Positions 41,015 through 52,508 are shown, counted from the stretch's first letter. The stretch is 64,000 nt of DNA from Spirochaetia bacterium (GCA_965220165.1 CBDCPJ010000054.1:321708-385707), one strand, 5' to 3'. The notes: generated by a model from the letters alone, not told the origin. A program made the numbers and translations.

Positions 41015-42874
41015 ATGCCCATCATTGAGCGACGACTCGTCGGCGATGACACGCAAATCGTTTACAATGGGCGAAACCTCTATGCCCCACTTTCGCCTCG
41101 CCTCAGCGCTGAGCGACGAGCTTCGAATTTTCTCCTGCAACCCGACACGCTCTATCTTATTGCCTCTCCTCTTATTGGCTATGGAATAGATAGATTACTT
41201 ATTCGCTGTCCCCCTGGATCGCATTTTTTTTGCCTCGAGTTGGATCATCACTTAGCCAAAGAGACTCTATTGCCCCAAAAATGGCGCGCTACCGAACAAA
41301 TCAGCTGGCTAGTCGCCCCGAACAGAGCGGCCATTGAACGCCATATACGGACGTTGCTTATGCGGAGATTGGCATCCAATCGAACCGGCAGAGCATCAGG
41401 ATTTCGTCGCGTCGAATTGCTGTCGCTTTCGGGAGGGTTGGCAGCGCAAAACGAGGGATATCAGGTCGTATTCACCATGATTGAGAACCACATCCGCGCC
41501 GGCTTGCAGAATAGAATGGCCACTCTTTTTCTTGGGCGTCTGTGGATCTCCAACGTCCTCGAAAATCTTGCCATCTCAAATACCTGCCGCGGAATCGACG
41601 CGCTCTCGATAACTCGCGCAATTATGCTGGCGGGCGCGGGGCCTTCTTTAGAATCTTCCATTCCATTAATTCGTCAATTCCGCGAACGTCTATGCCTCAT
41701 CGCCGTGGATACCGCATTGCCTATCTTGCTAGCCCACCGAATCAATCCAGATATTGTGGTTATTGTTGAGGCGCAACATGCCAATATGGCTGATTTTCTC
41801 TCTCCCGTCGCCAATAGAAAACCATACCCGCTTATATGTTGTGATTTAATCTCATATTCCAGCGCCATTCGTCGCTTTCCACCCGAACAAATTATTTTTT
41901 TTGTTTCAAAGATTACAGGGCTTACGTTATTAGATGATCTCGATAAACATAAGCTATTGCCGCCTATTATACCGTCGCTTGGTTCGGTAGGTGTATCCGC
42001 AACATGGATCGCGTTGCTTGCAAGATCCTCGGCTCGTCAGCCTATTTTCTTAACAGGACTTGATTTTTGCTATCAAATTGGAAAAACACATGCGATCGGC
42101 GCCCCTATTATGCAATATTTCAGTCTATCTTCTTGCCGCCTCAATCCAAATCCCGCGGCGCTTTTTTGCTTAGATCGCCCGGCATTTGACATAGCCGACA
42201 AACAGGAAGAATTAGTAAGAAGCGAACTTATCCTTCATTCTTACTGTGAACATTTACGCGAAATTATCAGAACCAATCCAAAAATAATCGATATCGGGAA
42301 AATCGGACTTCAGTTGCAGTCAGAAAAAGTGTCGACAAACCACGTTCGATCCCTATTGCGCAACGCGCCAATTACCGAGCAAAGCTACTATCTCGATCTA
42401 AGCTCCCGCCGTAACAATGCTAGGCAAATGACCCCCGAGTATCGTCGCGATTCTGTAATCAGCGCAAGCAACTACCGCGCGACCACTTCAAACGCCCATG
42501 CTTCTAGCAGGGCCACCGCAAAAACGCATACTTCAAACAAAAACGCTGTCGAATCACACAATACTATTGCGCGCAAAAACCTAAATAACTGGATTCATCG
42601 TTCAAAAAGTCGTCTAGAAGAATTGGAACGATTGGCCTTGGAATTGGTTGCGTCCGCAGTAAAAAACGGCGCGCATATTGTTGACGATAAACAGCCTCTC
42701 TGGAACGCTTTTGCGTCGACTCTCGCGAAATTGCGATGGATACTTATTGATTTCATCGAGATACCTCTTGAAAGCAACAAATTATCGCAATTAGAAATAA
42801 ACACGATGCGTCGAATCGCGGTAATCGCAAAATATTACTACGAACGATTCAATCGAAACCAGATACGATATTGA
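41015..42874 (+). CDS. Maf/DUF115 (MptE-like) family protein, putative motility-associated glycosylation factor
   Basis: A Gly-rich motif (AIMLAGAGPSLESS) followed by LIAVDTALPILLAHRINPDIVVIVEAQ resembles the conserved core of DUF115/Maf proteins. About 620 aa, typical of the family. Confidence 0.4.
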   Translation: MPIIERRLVGDDTQIVYNGRNLYAPLSPRLSAERRASNFLLQPDTLYLIASPLIGYGIDRLLIRCPPGSHFFCLELDHHLAKETLLPQKWRATEQISWLVAPNRAAIERHIRTLLMRRLASNRTGRASGFRRVELLSLSGGLAAQNEGYQVVFTMIENHIRAGLQNRMATLFLGRLWISNVLENLAISNTCRGIDALSITRAIMLAGAGPSLESSIPLIRQFRERLCLIAVDTALPILLAHRINPDIVVIVEAQHANMADFLSPVANRKPYPLICCDLISYSSAIRRFPPEQIIFFVSKITGLTLLDDLDKHKLLPPIIPSLGSVGVSATWIALLARSSARQPIFLTGLDFCYQIGKTHAIGAPIMQYFSLSSCRLNPNPAALFCLDRPAFDIADKQEELVRSELILHSYCEHLREIIRTNPKIIDIGKIGLQLQSEKVSTNHVRSLLRNAPITEQSYYLDLSSRRNNARQMTPEYRRDSVISASNYRATTSNAHASSRATAKTHTSNKNAVESHNTIARKNLNNWIHRSKSRLEELERLALELVASAVKNGAHIVDDKQPLWNAFASTLAKLRWILIDFIEIPLESNKLSQLEINTMRRIAVIAKYYYERFNRNQIRY

Positions 42875-42976
42875 TATCAGCAGGACGCTTGGCCGGCAAA
42901 TAATAGTAACACCGCGCGAACGGGGCGCCCCATTGAAGTCGTTAGCGGCGCGACGAGAGCTACTCCAGAGGAGCGC

Positions 42977-44775
42977 CTATTCGCCTGATTTTAATACTGA
43001 TAAGAATGCGCTTTGCGGCAACGCGACGTTGCCCACCATTTTGAGTCGTTTTTTACCCTTCTTTTGCTTTTCCAGCAATTTTCGTTTGCGCGTAATATCG
43101 CCCCCATAACAGTTCGAAGTAACATCTTTTCGAAATGCGGAAACGGTTTCTCGCGCTATTATTTGGTTTCCTATAGCTCCTTGTATAGGTATTTTGAATT
43201 GTTGACGAGGGATTTCGTCGCGTAATTTACGACAGATAATACGCGCGCGCGCGGCTGCGTGGGGGCGATAAATAAGCTGAGAAAGCGCGTCAATCGGATG
43301 CCCGTTAATCAAGATATCCACCCTCGAGAGATCGACAGGCTTTCGATCAACTATTTCATAATCTAAAGAAGCATAGCCGCGACTAGACGATTTTAGTCGA
43401 TCATAGAAATCAAATAAAATTTCCGCCAACGGCATAGAATAGCGAATCTCTACACGCTGTCTATCGATATAACGCATCTCGTCCTGGATACCTCGTTTTT
43501 CTATACAGAGCGACATAATTGATCCTAAATATTGAGCGGGGCAGAGAATAGTAGCTTGAATATAGGGCTCCATAATCTGCGAGATATGCTGCTCAGAAGG
43601 AAATTCAAGGGCGCTGCGTATCGATAGTCTACTGCCATCTGCCATAGTGGCAATATATTCCACCGAAGGCGCGGTTAAAACAATTGAAACATCAAATTCG
43701 CGCTCCAAACGTTCTTGCGCGATTTCGAGATGAAGCAAGCCTAAGAACCCGCAACGAAATCCATGTCCCAACGCGCTCGAGCTATCCTTTTCAAAGGTAA
43801 TTGAGGCATCATTAAGCTGAAGTTTTGCCATTGCCTTGATCAAATCTTCGTAATCATCGGAATTAACGGGGTAAATTGAAGAAAACACAACGGGTTTAAT
43901 AGGTTTAAAGCCCGGCAACGGATTTAAACAGGGGCTATCGGCAAGCGTTATCGTGTCCCCCACGTTCACCGACGATATGCTTTTAATCCCCGCGATAAGG
44001 TAGCCAACATCACCCGCGCTAATATGTTGATCGGCAATAAGATCGTACCCAAAGTAGCCGCATTCTTCTACCCTATATTGTTTGTCATTTGCTAACATTA
44101 ATATGGTTTGCCCAGACCGTATAGCGCCGTCGATAAGACGAACATGAATAATCACGCCTCGAAATGGATCATAGTGAGAGTCAAAAACATGCGCTTTGAG
44201 CGGTTGTTCAATAGAACCGGATGGCGGGGGAATCTTATCGACAATAGCCGTCATAAGTTCATCTATGCCTATCCCCGCTTTGGCCGAAATGAGCAACACT
44301 TCGTCTTTCGATACCCCAATCTCATGCTCAATCTGCTGAGTAATGTCGTCGACGCGAGCATTAGGAAGGTCTATCTTATTGATAACCGGAATAATAGCGA
44401 GCTCATGTTCAAAGGCAATATAGAAATTTGCCAACGTTTGGGCCTGTATGCCTTGAACAGCATCTACAAGCAATAGCGCTCCTTCGCAAGAAGAAATAGC
44501 GCGCGATACCTCGTAGGAAAAATCCACATGACCCGGTGTATCGATAAGGTTGAGCCTATAATTATTATAGGGAATACGAATCGCGCGCGATTTTATTGAG
44601 ATACCTCTCTCTCGTTCAATATCCATGGAGTCCAACATTTGGTCATGAAGATCACGGTCGGAAATAATATTGGCCTGTTCGATAAGACGATCGGCAAGCG
44701 TGGATTTGCCATGATCAATATGCGCGATAATACAGAAATTACGAATATTCTGTTGCGAAAAATTATAGGTAATTG
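42977..44775 (-). CDS. lepA: Elongation factor 4 (LepA)
   Basis: IRNFCIIAHIDHGKSTLADR G-domain and LepA C-terminal domain. Start proposed at the TTG giving MKTTITYNFSQQNIRNF; the tracked ORF start is further upstream. Confidence 0.9.
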
Positions 44776-46577
44776 TTGTTTTCAAGCAGTGATCCAATGG
44801 TAATAGCGCTACCCACAAAACCGCGGGTTCGCTTACGCGCCGATATTTGCATAATTACGACTCTTGTCTCTAAATTGACTCTCCAATTAACCACCGAAAA
44901 TTGATCGCCAACTTCGAGGCCAATATTAGATGCGATAGATCCCGGGTAAATCCTAGTTGTTCTATAGTTGGGGTATAATAATAGCTGGCTTAACGACTCT
45001 ACCTCCATTCCAAATAGCGGCGCAAAGAGACGTTCGCGACTATCGACATTAAGAGATTCTTCGATTGGGCTAAATGGACGCGTCCGTATATCGACCAATG
45101 CCGATATTTCTTCTCCTTCGCGTTCAAGAGTTATTGTCGTCAATCGATCTGCGCCAAGATCTAACAGCATATCTTGGGCTTCGACAATTGTTGAGATGCG
45201 AGCGCCTTGAATAGACACGAGAATATCTCCCGTAACCACACCTATTTCATAGGCGGGGCTAAATGGAAAAACATAGATTACCTCTAAATTTCCCTCTTGC
45301 TCTCTTAACGCGACTCCGATCCATGGATGCTCCACTTCGCGATCCGTATAGAGGCTGAGTAATACCTTCTCGATCCAATAACTAGGAATGGCAAAATTGA
45401 TTCCTTCAAATTGTTCAATTCCCGCAAAAATCACTCCAATAACCTCGCCCTCATCATTAACGAGCGCGCCGCCGGAATTCCCCGGATTTATGGGAGCGTC
45501 AATTTGCAAAGCTTCGCCCATTTGAAAAAAACGACGATTTGACGCTGATATAATCCCCGATGTTAACGTGTTGCCCAATCCCCCCGGCGAACCAAAGGCA
45601 AATACTGCGGAGCCGGGCTGATAGATATGTTGTGTAGAGAAATTAAAGACATATTTTGGCTCTATTTCTACCTTCAACAGCGCTAGATCGAATAATTGAT
45701 CAAATCCAACTACTTTAGCGGGGACTCGCACATTAGGATCCGATTGGAGAATAATATAGAGTCGCGAATACCCTTCATACTCGGGATCGACTTCGCTTGA
45801 AATGACATGGTGGTTTGTCAAGAGATATCCCCGTTTATCGATAAAAAAACCGCTTCCATATACTATATCAACACTACCTAACCCATTTTCTATTTTGATA
45901 CCGCGATCCACAACCACTGTCGCGGTGCCTTCCAATTGCTCATTGGGAGTAATATTGTCAATGGATGGAAGTTCATCTGTGATGCCGCTGATTGAATCGT
46001 CTAACACGGCGGAAATAATCTGTAAAAATTGCCCATCTTGCTGCTCGCGAGCAATATCGATATAGCGTTGGATAACTTCTTGATCCATTTGCGCAATATG
46101 GGCTACTTTGAGAAATAGGCGCAAAGCATTTGTTATCGCGCCTTGATCCAGCATTTGATCCGCCCACGAAAGGTAGAGTAGATCCAAAGACCAATCGACA
46201 ATCTTTTCGGTTTGATTAAGCGTTTCAAGCGTAGCGTAATGTCTTATCGCGTCTCGATATTCTTCTTGGCTGATTGCCTCTTCGAATTGCGTTATAATGC
46301 CTTGAACCGATTGATCATATAGCCTCTCGACGCGCTGTAGATTGGAAATATCCGTCGAACGACGATAACGGTCTATATTTTGAATTGCCTGTCGGTAGTC
46401 GTCATTGTCAATTATTTGATTAATTTGCTCCAAATATAACGGCCCAAGCGCGGAGGGCGATACATAATCTTCGACGGGAGGCGAAGCGCAACGAGCGAAA
46501 AGAATAGAGACAGCCCCTTGTATTATAATTGCGCTGATATATCTCTTTGTGTTGGTTCTCTTTGTGTTGGTCGCCAT
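44763..46577 (-). CDS. HtrA/DegP-family trypsin-like serine protease with PDZ domain and long N-terminal helical extension (lipoprotein-like signal)
   Basis: Catalytic triad context (TNHHV; DLALLKV; GNSGGALVN). PDZ-like region (GVVTGDILVSIQG). N-terminus ILFARC is lipobox-like. Confidence 0.8.
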   Translation of the reverse strand: MATNTKRTNTKRYISAIIIQGAVSILFARCASPPVEDYVSPSALGPLYLEQINQIIDNDDYRQAIQNIDRYRRSTDISNLQRVERLYDQSVQGIITQFEEAISQEEYRDAIRHYATLETLNQTEKIVDWSLDLLYLSWADQMLDQGAITNALRLFLKVAHIAQMDQEVIQRYIDIAREQQDGQFLQIISAVLDDSISGITDELPSIDNITPNEQLEGTATVVVDRGIKIENGLGSVDIVYGSGFFIDKRGYLLTNHHVISSEVDPEYEGYSRLYIILQSDPNVRVPAKVVGFDQLFDLALLKVEIEPKYVFNFSTQHIYQPGSAVFAFGSPGGLGNTLTSGIISASNRRFFQMGEALQIDAPINPGNSGGALVNDEGEVIGVIFAGIEQFEGINFAIPSYWIEKVLLSLYTDREVEHPWIGVALREQEGNLEVIYVFPFSPAYEIGVVTGDILVSIQGARISTIVEAQDMLLDLGADRLTTITLEREGEEISALVDIRTRPFSPIEESLNVDSRERLFAPLFGMEVESLSQLLLYPNYRTTRIYPGSIASNIGLEVGDQFSVVNWRVNLETRVVIMQISARKRTRGFVGSAITIGSLLENNNYL

Positions 46578-46580
46578 CGT

Positions 46581-48608
46581 CTAATTATCTGGTCTATCGA
46601 AATACCCATCTTGATCGAGGTCAAGAAGGTAAAAAGGAGGTTGATCGGCTACATATCTATAGTTTGTACCACTGTCGCCGATCGCTAGTTCTATCAACGC
46701 CCCATCGTTATATTCCGCGAAAATTTCATGAATATTATCGTGATCCGCGTCGGTCCACTCTCGCCTGCGAAAAGCATCATCATACGCTGCGATATAATCG
46801 AAATATCCGCTACCATTCGTGTCATACAATTCAAAACGAGTGATGCCGCCTCTTACAATCTCTATCTTCTCCGGTATATTTGTCTGTATTGAACTAAAGT
46901 AGTCGATACGAGAAGCATTTTGACGCGCCCATTCTCTATCTAGCGAAATATCTGGTTCAATTAACTGGAATTGCATGAGGGCATCAGGGATTAGAGATGA
47001 CAGCTCTCCTGGAAGTTGATTAATTCCCTGCCCTTGAACAACTCCTCGATCCTGAACGATTCTGTCCCTTGGAATAATTTCGTAATTTGTATCGCCGCCT
47101 GAATCGCCCCATGTCTGTGGAGAAGATATTTGGATAAGATCCAATTCAGTCCCCGCGGCAAAAAGAACGCGAGCAATCTGGCCATCTTCGGCGCGATAGA
47201 TAGCCTGAGATAGGTAAGGATAGTTGGCGTATTCAAAACTTATTTGATTGTCGGAATCCGGCGCGACGATTAGCGCTGTCGCTTGTCTATCTATCATTGT
47301 AATACGATATGTATCGCGGTATTGTGAATTGGAAAAAATATCCCATGTGGATAGAGAGCCTTCTGATAATTGATATGATTGCTCGACGCGCTCGTCGTCA
47401 AGTCCAATTTGCCTAATTACTCCAGAAAATCCTCCATATCTCTGTTCTAATTGATCGCGAAGATCGTCAGCGAGGCTTTGATAATCGATTATTTCGGCTA
47501 ACAACAATTCCGCGCTCCCGACCGAGTCATCTGTAGCTCCGACTGAAACGCCCGTACCTCCGACCGAGGCGTTCGCGCCTCCAACCGATACGTCCGCGGC
47601 TCCTACGGAAGAGCTCGCTATTTCTGTCGAGGGAGCATCTATTCTCGCCGCAGAATCTGTGGAGGCGGAGAAGATGTCATAGGATGGACCAATCTCTAAC
47701 AGGTCGCTATCGACAGGGGATAAATATGCGTTCTCCTGAAACATTTCAGTTAATTCAATAAGGTATTCAATAATTTCGAGGTCGTCAATTGTCGGGAATA
47801 TTTGGAGCAATTCAGGAACGTTTTCCGGCTCAATAAACAACAGCAATCGAGGATCGCGCCCTCCCCTAGATATATAGTTTTCTATTATCAAGGGACGGGC
47901 GCTCGGTGGCGTATTCTCTATATAGGATAGCGCTATAGATAAATAGGTCTCGTTATTAGAAATTTGTCGCTCAATATCCAAGATCGATGTATTTTCGAGA
48001 AATTGACGATCCTGCAAACGAATGCGCCAAAATCTGGCATCTTGAGGATACAGGACAATTCCTTGAGCGGCGGCGTTTTGAGCGTCCTGTGGGCGCGATG
48101 TCCGCAAAAGCGCGTTTGCGTAGACTGCTAGCATTTTTTGATCCAATTGAACCAATGCTCCATAAGGCAGTTCGAGCAATTCGACAACACGGCCATAATC
48201 TCCCCGCTCGGAATGGTAATCAGCCAGCGGCGCGATTGCGTCGCTTGGCATAAATAGCGTCCATCGGTTTCGCTCTAATGCTCCATTCCAATAGATAGCT
48301 TGCCGAGAAGCATCGGTAGATAGCAGAGCGCGAAGATGCCACCCGTCAGAATAGACATCCGAATAGGTAAATGACTTTTCCAGCAGACGAGCGGCAATAT
48401 CTATCGTCCCTTTTTCATACAGCGCAAAAGCTGCCGAGATATGCCGATAGGCCAGTTCTTGGTCTATGTCTTGTCCTATATCGAAATCAGAATGCTGGGC
48501 ATAGGAGCGATCACAGAGTGCTAACGACAAAAAAATAGTTCCCGCGGAAAAAATTATCCGCCACTTAGGGCTGATCACTGTTTCGCGTACGTGAATCGCT
48601 CTTGTCAA
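46581..48608 (-). CDS. Secreted hypothetical protein with TPR-like N-half and internal V-S-V-G-G pentapeptide-like tandem repeats
   Basis: Signal peptide (IIFSAGTIFLSLALC). Repeats SVGAADVSVGGANASVGGTGVSVGATDDSVGS are encoded by imperfect 15-21-nt DNA repeats near 47500-47640. Confidence 0.5.
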   Translation of the reverse strand: MTRAIHVRETVISPKWRIIFSAGTIFLSLALCDRSYAQHSDFDIGQDIDQELAYRHISAAFALYEKGTIDIAARLLEKSFTYSDVYSDGWHLRALLSTDASRQAIYWNGALERNRWTLFMPSDAIAPLADYHSERGDYGRVVELLELPYGALVQLDQKMLAVYANALLRTSRPQDAQNAAAQGIVLYPQDARFWRIRLQDRQFLENTSILDIERQISNNETYLSIALSYIENTPPSARPLIIENYISRGGRDPRLLLFIEPENVPELLQIFPTIDDLEIIEYLIELTEMFQENAYLSPVDSDLLEIGPSYDIFSASTDSAARIDAPSTEIASSSVGAADVSVGGANASVGGTGVSVGATDDSVGSAELLLAEIIDYQSLADDLRDQLEQRYGGFSGVIRQIGLDDERVEQSYQLSEGSLSTWDIFSNSQYRDTYRITMIDRQATALIVAPDSDNQISFEYANYPYLSQAIYRAEDGQIARVLFAAGTELDLIQISSPQTWGDSGGDTNYEIIPRDRIVQDRGVVQGQGINQLPGELSSLIPDALMQFQLIEPDISLDREWARQNASRIDYFSSIQTNIPEKIEIVRGGITRFELYDTNGSGYFDYIAAYDDAFRRREWTDADHDNIHEIFAEYNDGALIELAIGDSGTNYRYVADQPPFYLLDLDQDGYFDRPDN

Positions 48609-50484
48609 TATTCAGTATGCGTTGGACATCGCTTGCGTCTAACGTTTCATGTTTCATAAGATTGTCGGCCAACGCGATAAGCTCTGTTCGATGTTCGGCT
48701 AAAATTCTTCTGCTGTCGTCAAGGCATTCGCTGATGATGCGGCTAATCTCTTCGTCAATTTTTTGAGCGGTCGACTCTGAGTAGCTTTTTGAGTGAGAGA
48801 TATCTTTAGCCAAAAATATGGGGCCTTCATCGTGACCCATAGCGACAGGACCGAGATTGCTCATTCCCCATTCCGTCACCATTCGACGCGCCAATTCCGT
48901 AGCCTGTTGCAAATCGTTTTTGGTGCCTGTGGAGGTTTCATCATAAAACATCTCTTCGGCCGCAAATCCCCCATAAATAACCCGTATTCGATCCAGTACC
49001 CAATTTTTGCTGTGGCTATAGGTGTCTTTTTCTGGTAGCGAAATCGCCACGCCAAGCGCTCGGCCGCGCGGAACGATGGTAACTTTATGGAGAGGGTCGG
49101 AATGCGGACAATAATAATGCAATAACGCATGCCCGCTTTCGTGATACGCTGTTTTACGTCGCTCTTCTTCCGACATAACCTTTGATTGCCGAGCGACGCC
49201 CATAAGCAATTTATCGCGAGCATCCTCAAAGTCTTGCATCGCTATTTTGCTTTGGCGACGACGAACAGCATGTAAAGCCGCCTCATTACAGAGGTTCTCC
49301 AAATCGGCTCCCGAGTAACCAGGGGTGGCTCTGGCTATTCGTCTAATGTCCACATCAGAGGATATCGGCAATTTGTTAGAGTGTATTCTCAATATGGAGA
49401 GACGGTCTTCTAGATCAGGCATATCAATAACCACCTGTCGATCGAATCGTCCTGGACGCAATAAAGCGGGGTCGAGCACATCAGGGCGATTGGTCGCCGC
49501 CAGCATAATTACCCCATCTTTAACTTCAAAGCCATCCATTTCTACTAACATTTGATTCAGTGTCTGTTCGCGCTCGTCATGACCGCCTCCATACCCCGCT
49601 CCTCTTGTGCGACCGACAGCGTCTAATTCGTCTATAAAGATAATGCACGGAGCATTGCGACGACCTTGCTCAAATAGATCTCTTACTCGACTCGCGCCGA
49701 CGCCGACAAACATTTCAACAAAGTCAGAACCAGACATGTGAAAAAAATTCACGCCCGCTTCGCCAGCGCATGCGCGCGCCATCAATGTCTTGCCCGTACC
49801 CGGCATCCCTACTAATAAAACGCCTTTTGGAATGCGAGCGCCTACTATTGTAAATGTCTCGGGATTCTTAAGAAACTCAACGACCTCTTGAAGCTCATAT
49901 TTCGCCTCTTTCTGTCCCGCGACATCCTTAAATGTAACCTTCTTTTGATTATCGCTTACCTTGCGCGCCTTGCTTTTTCCAAATGAGAGCGCTCTGTTGC
50001 CGGTTCCTTGCATCTGACGAAACATAAACCAGACAAAAAATATCCCAATACCCCATGGGAGAATATTGAGAATGACCTGGAATGGCGAAACTGGACGAGG
50101 CGCCCCAGAAAAACGAACGCCGCGGTCCTGAAGCAATTGAACCAACCCCGCGTCAAAATAGGGAATATTTGTTATAAAGTTGCGGTTGCTTCCTCCGACC
50201 TCTTTGAGCACTCCCTCAATTTGATATTGATCTAAAATACGAATAGATTCGACCTGACCTTGGTTAAGATGCCCAAGAAATTGCGAATAGGGAATTTCAT
50301 TTGCGCTCGACCGATTCCCAGAAAATATATAGACTAAAAATAGTGTCAATACCCCCATGAGAAAAAATAACGCGAGTCGATTATTGCGAAAACTAAACCC
50401 TGTATTACCTTGATCCCTATTCGATTTTTGCTGATTATTGTTATTCTGATTATTGTTATTATTGTTGTTGTTATTCTCTGTCAT
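48565..50484 (-). CDS. ftsH: ATP-dependent zinc metalloprotease FtsH
   Basis: AAA+ motifs ([16 protein letters not shown]; DEREQTLNQ), HExxH (HESGHAL), and two TM segments. The N-terminal cytoplasmic tail carries a poly-Asn/Gln tract. Start set at the internal ATG (MTENNN...), since the upstream part overlaps tilS. Confidence 0.9.
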   Translation of the reverse strand: MTENNNNNNNNNQNNNNQQKSNRDQGNTGFSFRNNRLALFFLMGVLTLFLVYIFSGNRSSANEIPYSQFLGHLNQGQVESIRILDQYQIEGVLKEVGGSNRNFITNIPYFDAGLVQLLQDRGVRFSGAPRPVSPFQVILNILPWGIGIFFVWFMFRQMQGTGNRALSFGKSKARKVSDNQKKVTFKDVAGQKEAKYELQEVVEFLKNPETFTIVGARIPKGVLLVGMPGTGKTLMARACAGEAGVNFFHMSGSDFVEMFVGVGASRVRDLFEQGRRNAPCIIFIDELDAVGRTRGAGYGGGHDEREQTLNQMLVEMDGFEVKDGVIMLAATNRPDVLDPALLRPGRFDRQVVIDMPDLEDRLSILRIHSNKLPISSDVDIRRIARATPGYSGADLENLCNEAALHAVRRRQSKIAMQDFEDARDKLLMGVARQSKVMSEEERRKTAYHESGHALLHYYCPHSDPLHKVTIVPRGRALGVAISLPEKDTYSHSKNWVLDRIRVIYGGFAAEEMFYDETSTGTKNDLQQATELARRMVTEWGMSNLGPVAMGHDEGPIFLAKDISHSKSYSESTAQKIDEEISRIISECLDDSRRILAEHRTELIALADNLMKHETLDASDVQRILNIDKSDSRTRNSDQP

Positions 50485-51892
50485 TTCGCTCCTTACTTCC
50501 CTTATCGTTTCGCCGCTTGGGGACATAATTATTGAAGCTGTATCGAACTCCTTGCCAGCCATCCGGAATTTCGCCGCAACGCCCTGAAACGTAAGATATC
50601 ATTGGCTTGGAACAACCCAACGAACCCGACGCCAAGATAGAGCGACGATCTTCCAGCGACCATTTATTTCGATACTTACTCGAAGCAACACCGTGAAGCA
50701 ATAGAGGAGGAACAACTCTTTGAAACAACACCCCAACACCATCGCCTATTTCTAATGCAACTTGGCCACCCGCGTTTATGAAACGATTAGATATTACCTT
50801 AGCATAATGTATTGTGTCGTTAGAAGCAAGTAAAACGTTCAATATTACCTCTTTTTGTCTCGCGATAATTTCAATGCCATACCCAGACGCGATTGTATAA
50901 CAGGACAGTTGTCTGTCGTCGGCCAACGCAAGGGATATGAAGCGACGCGGTATCCTTGTAAGATCGCGGCGACGGCAATTGATCAAACGATAGAGAGAAC
51001 GCTCCCTCGCCAATGACGCCGCGTTAAAAAATGAATCGCGGGAAGCGACATATCCCTCTGGAGTCGTTTGCCATTGAAGCGCATGTTCGCTCTGTTCTGC
51101 TATGAACGCGTCGGCCGCGGAGCAGAGCTTGGCGGATTGAACGACGCCGAAGCGATAACTAGGATAGGCCTTTCGCAACGCGGGAATTACCATTTTACGG
51201 ATTCGATTGCGAAGGAATCGCGTGTCATTGTTGCTCTTGTCATAGTGGCATTGCAAATTGCGCCGTTCGAACCATTCGCCGATTGCCGATCTTGGAGCGG
51301 TCAGCAACGGGCGCGCGATCATATAGCGATAACCGCCGCCGCGCGCTCTCCAACTTCGCTCGTCCATACCCCCCAGTCCGGCAACGCCGCTTCCTTGTAT
51401 CATACGCATGAGCGCCGTCTCGACCTGATCGTCCATGGTGTGCGCCACACAGATCAATCGTATGCCTAATCGACGCGACATCTGTTCAAAAAATCGATAT
51501 CGCATTTCGCGAGCGGCCGCCTCTATTCCTATACCCTTCATCTTAGCCAGATGTTCTATCGCTCCGGGAGACGATCGCCCTATATGAAGGGGCAAATTAT
51601 TGCGCGCCGCCCAAGATCGAAGCATTGCGGCGCACTTCGCGCGATCGGAAGAGGATTGCAGCCCATGATCATAGTGCAAAAGACTAATTCGCAGTTTGTA
51701 GGGAAGACACAATAGAATATCTGATAACGTAATGCTGTCCATTCCTCCGGAAACCGCCACGGCAATTCGAATAGACGACGGCGCTATTATAGCGGCGCGG
51801 CCATTTTGTAAATCGTCGTTATTATTGGCGTATCGAGCATATTCTTCGATAGCTTTCGATATCGAATCAGCGACGATTTGGGACAGTGACAC
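50471..51892 (-). CDS. tilS: tRNA(Ile)-lysidine synthetase
   Basis: PP-loop SGGMDS motif (AVAVSGGMDSITL). Conserved tilS-ftsH linkage. Confidence 0.8.
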   Translation of the reverse strand: MSLSQIVADSISKAIEEYARYANNNDDLQNGRAAIIAPSSIRIAVAVSGGMDSITLSDILLCLPYKLRISLLHYDHGLQSSSDRAKCAAMLRSWAARNNLPLHIGRSSPGAIEHLAKMKGIGIEAAAREMRYRFFEQMSRRLGIRLICVAHTMDDQVETALMRMIQGSGVAGLGGMDERSWRARGGGYRYMIARPLLTAPRSAIGEWFERRNLQCHYDKSNNDTRFLRNRIRKMVIPALRKAYPSYRFGVVQSAKLCSAADAFIAEQSEHALQWQTTPEGYVASRDSFFNAASLARERSLYRLINCRRRDLTRIPRRFISLALADDRQLSCYTIASGYGIEIIARQKEVILNVLLASNDTIHYAKVISNRFINAGGQVALEIGDGVGVLFQRVVPPLLLHGVASSKYRNKWSLEDRRSILASGSLGCSKPMISYVSGRCGEIPDGWQGVRYSFNNYVPKRRNDKGSKERNDRE

Positions 51893-52508
51893 GATCTTTT
51901 CGATTGTAACGATTTGTAAGCTCGTTCAACGCTATCCCCGAAAACCAGTCTTCCAACGCATCAACCGAGTCGTTTACGGCGAGCTCGATTAAATCTCGAT
52001 CATGTTTTGGCGGAACGGACAATACATACCGTTGCGTGGCATTTTTGTGGCTGGGGCGACCGACGCCTATATAGAATCGTAAAAATAGATTCTCGGGAAT
52101 GTGGCGCAATAATGATTTTAATCCGTTGTGCCCGGCCGAACCTCCGCCTATTTTTATACGAAGCGAGCCTGGCGGAAGATCAAGAGTATCAACGATCACC
52201 GCCATATTATCGGGCGCTATCCCAAAACGAGAAGCGAGCGAGGCATAAATCTGACCCGATTGGTTCATAAATGTTTGCGGCTTCACTAATGTGATCGCTC
52301 GACCTGATCGAGTCGCCGTCAGATACCGGTAGCCGCCCGATGAACGAAATCGTCCGCCGATTCGAATCCGCAACGCTTCCAGCGTCTGGAATCCAACATT
52401 ATGTCGAGTATGGCGATAGAGCAATCCAGGGTTGCCCAACCCAATGATCGCGCGCGCCGCGAGAGGATTAGTTCTGTTCTTCGTCAGGAGACTCCAAACC
52501 TTCTTCAT
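51867..52508 (-). CDS. pth: Peptidyl-tRNA hydrolase
   Basis: IIGLGNPG...HNVGF N-terminal motif. Start set at the internal ATG (MKKVWSL...). Confidence 0.85.
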   Translation of the reverse strand: MKKVWSLLTKNRTNPLAARAIIGLGNPGLLYRHTRHNVGFQTLEALRIRIGGRFRSSGGYRYLTATRSGRAITLVKPQTFMNQSGQIYASLASRFGIAPDNMAVIVDTLDLPPGSLRIKIGGGSAGHNGLKSLLRHIPENLFLRFYIGVGRPSHKNATQRYVLSVPPKHDRDLIELAVNDSVDALEDWFSGIALNELTNRYNRKDRVTVPNRR

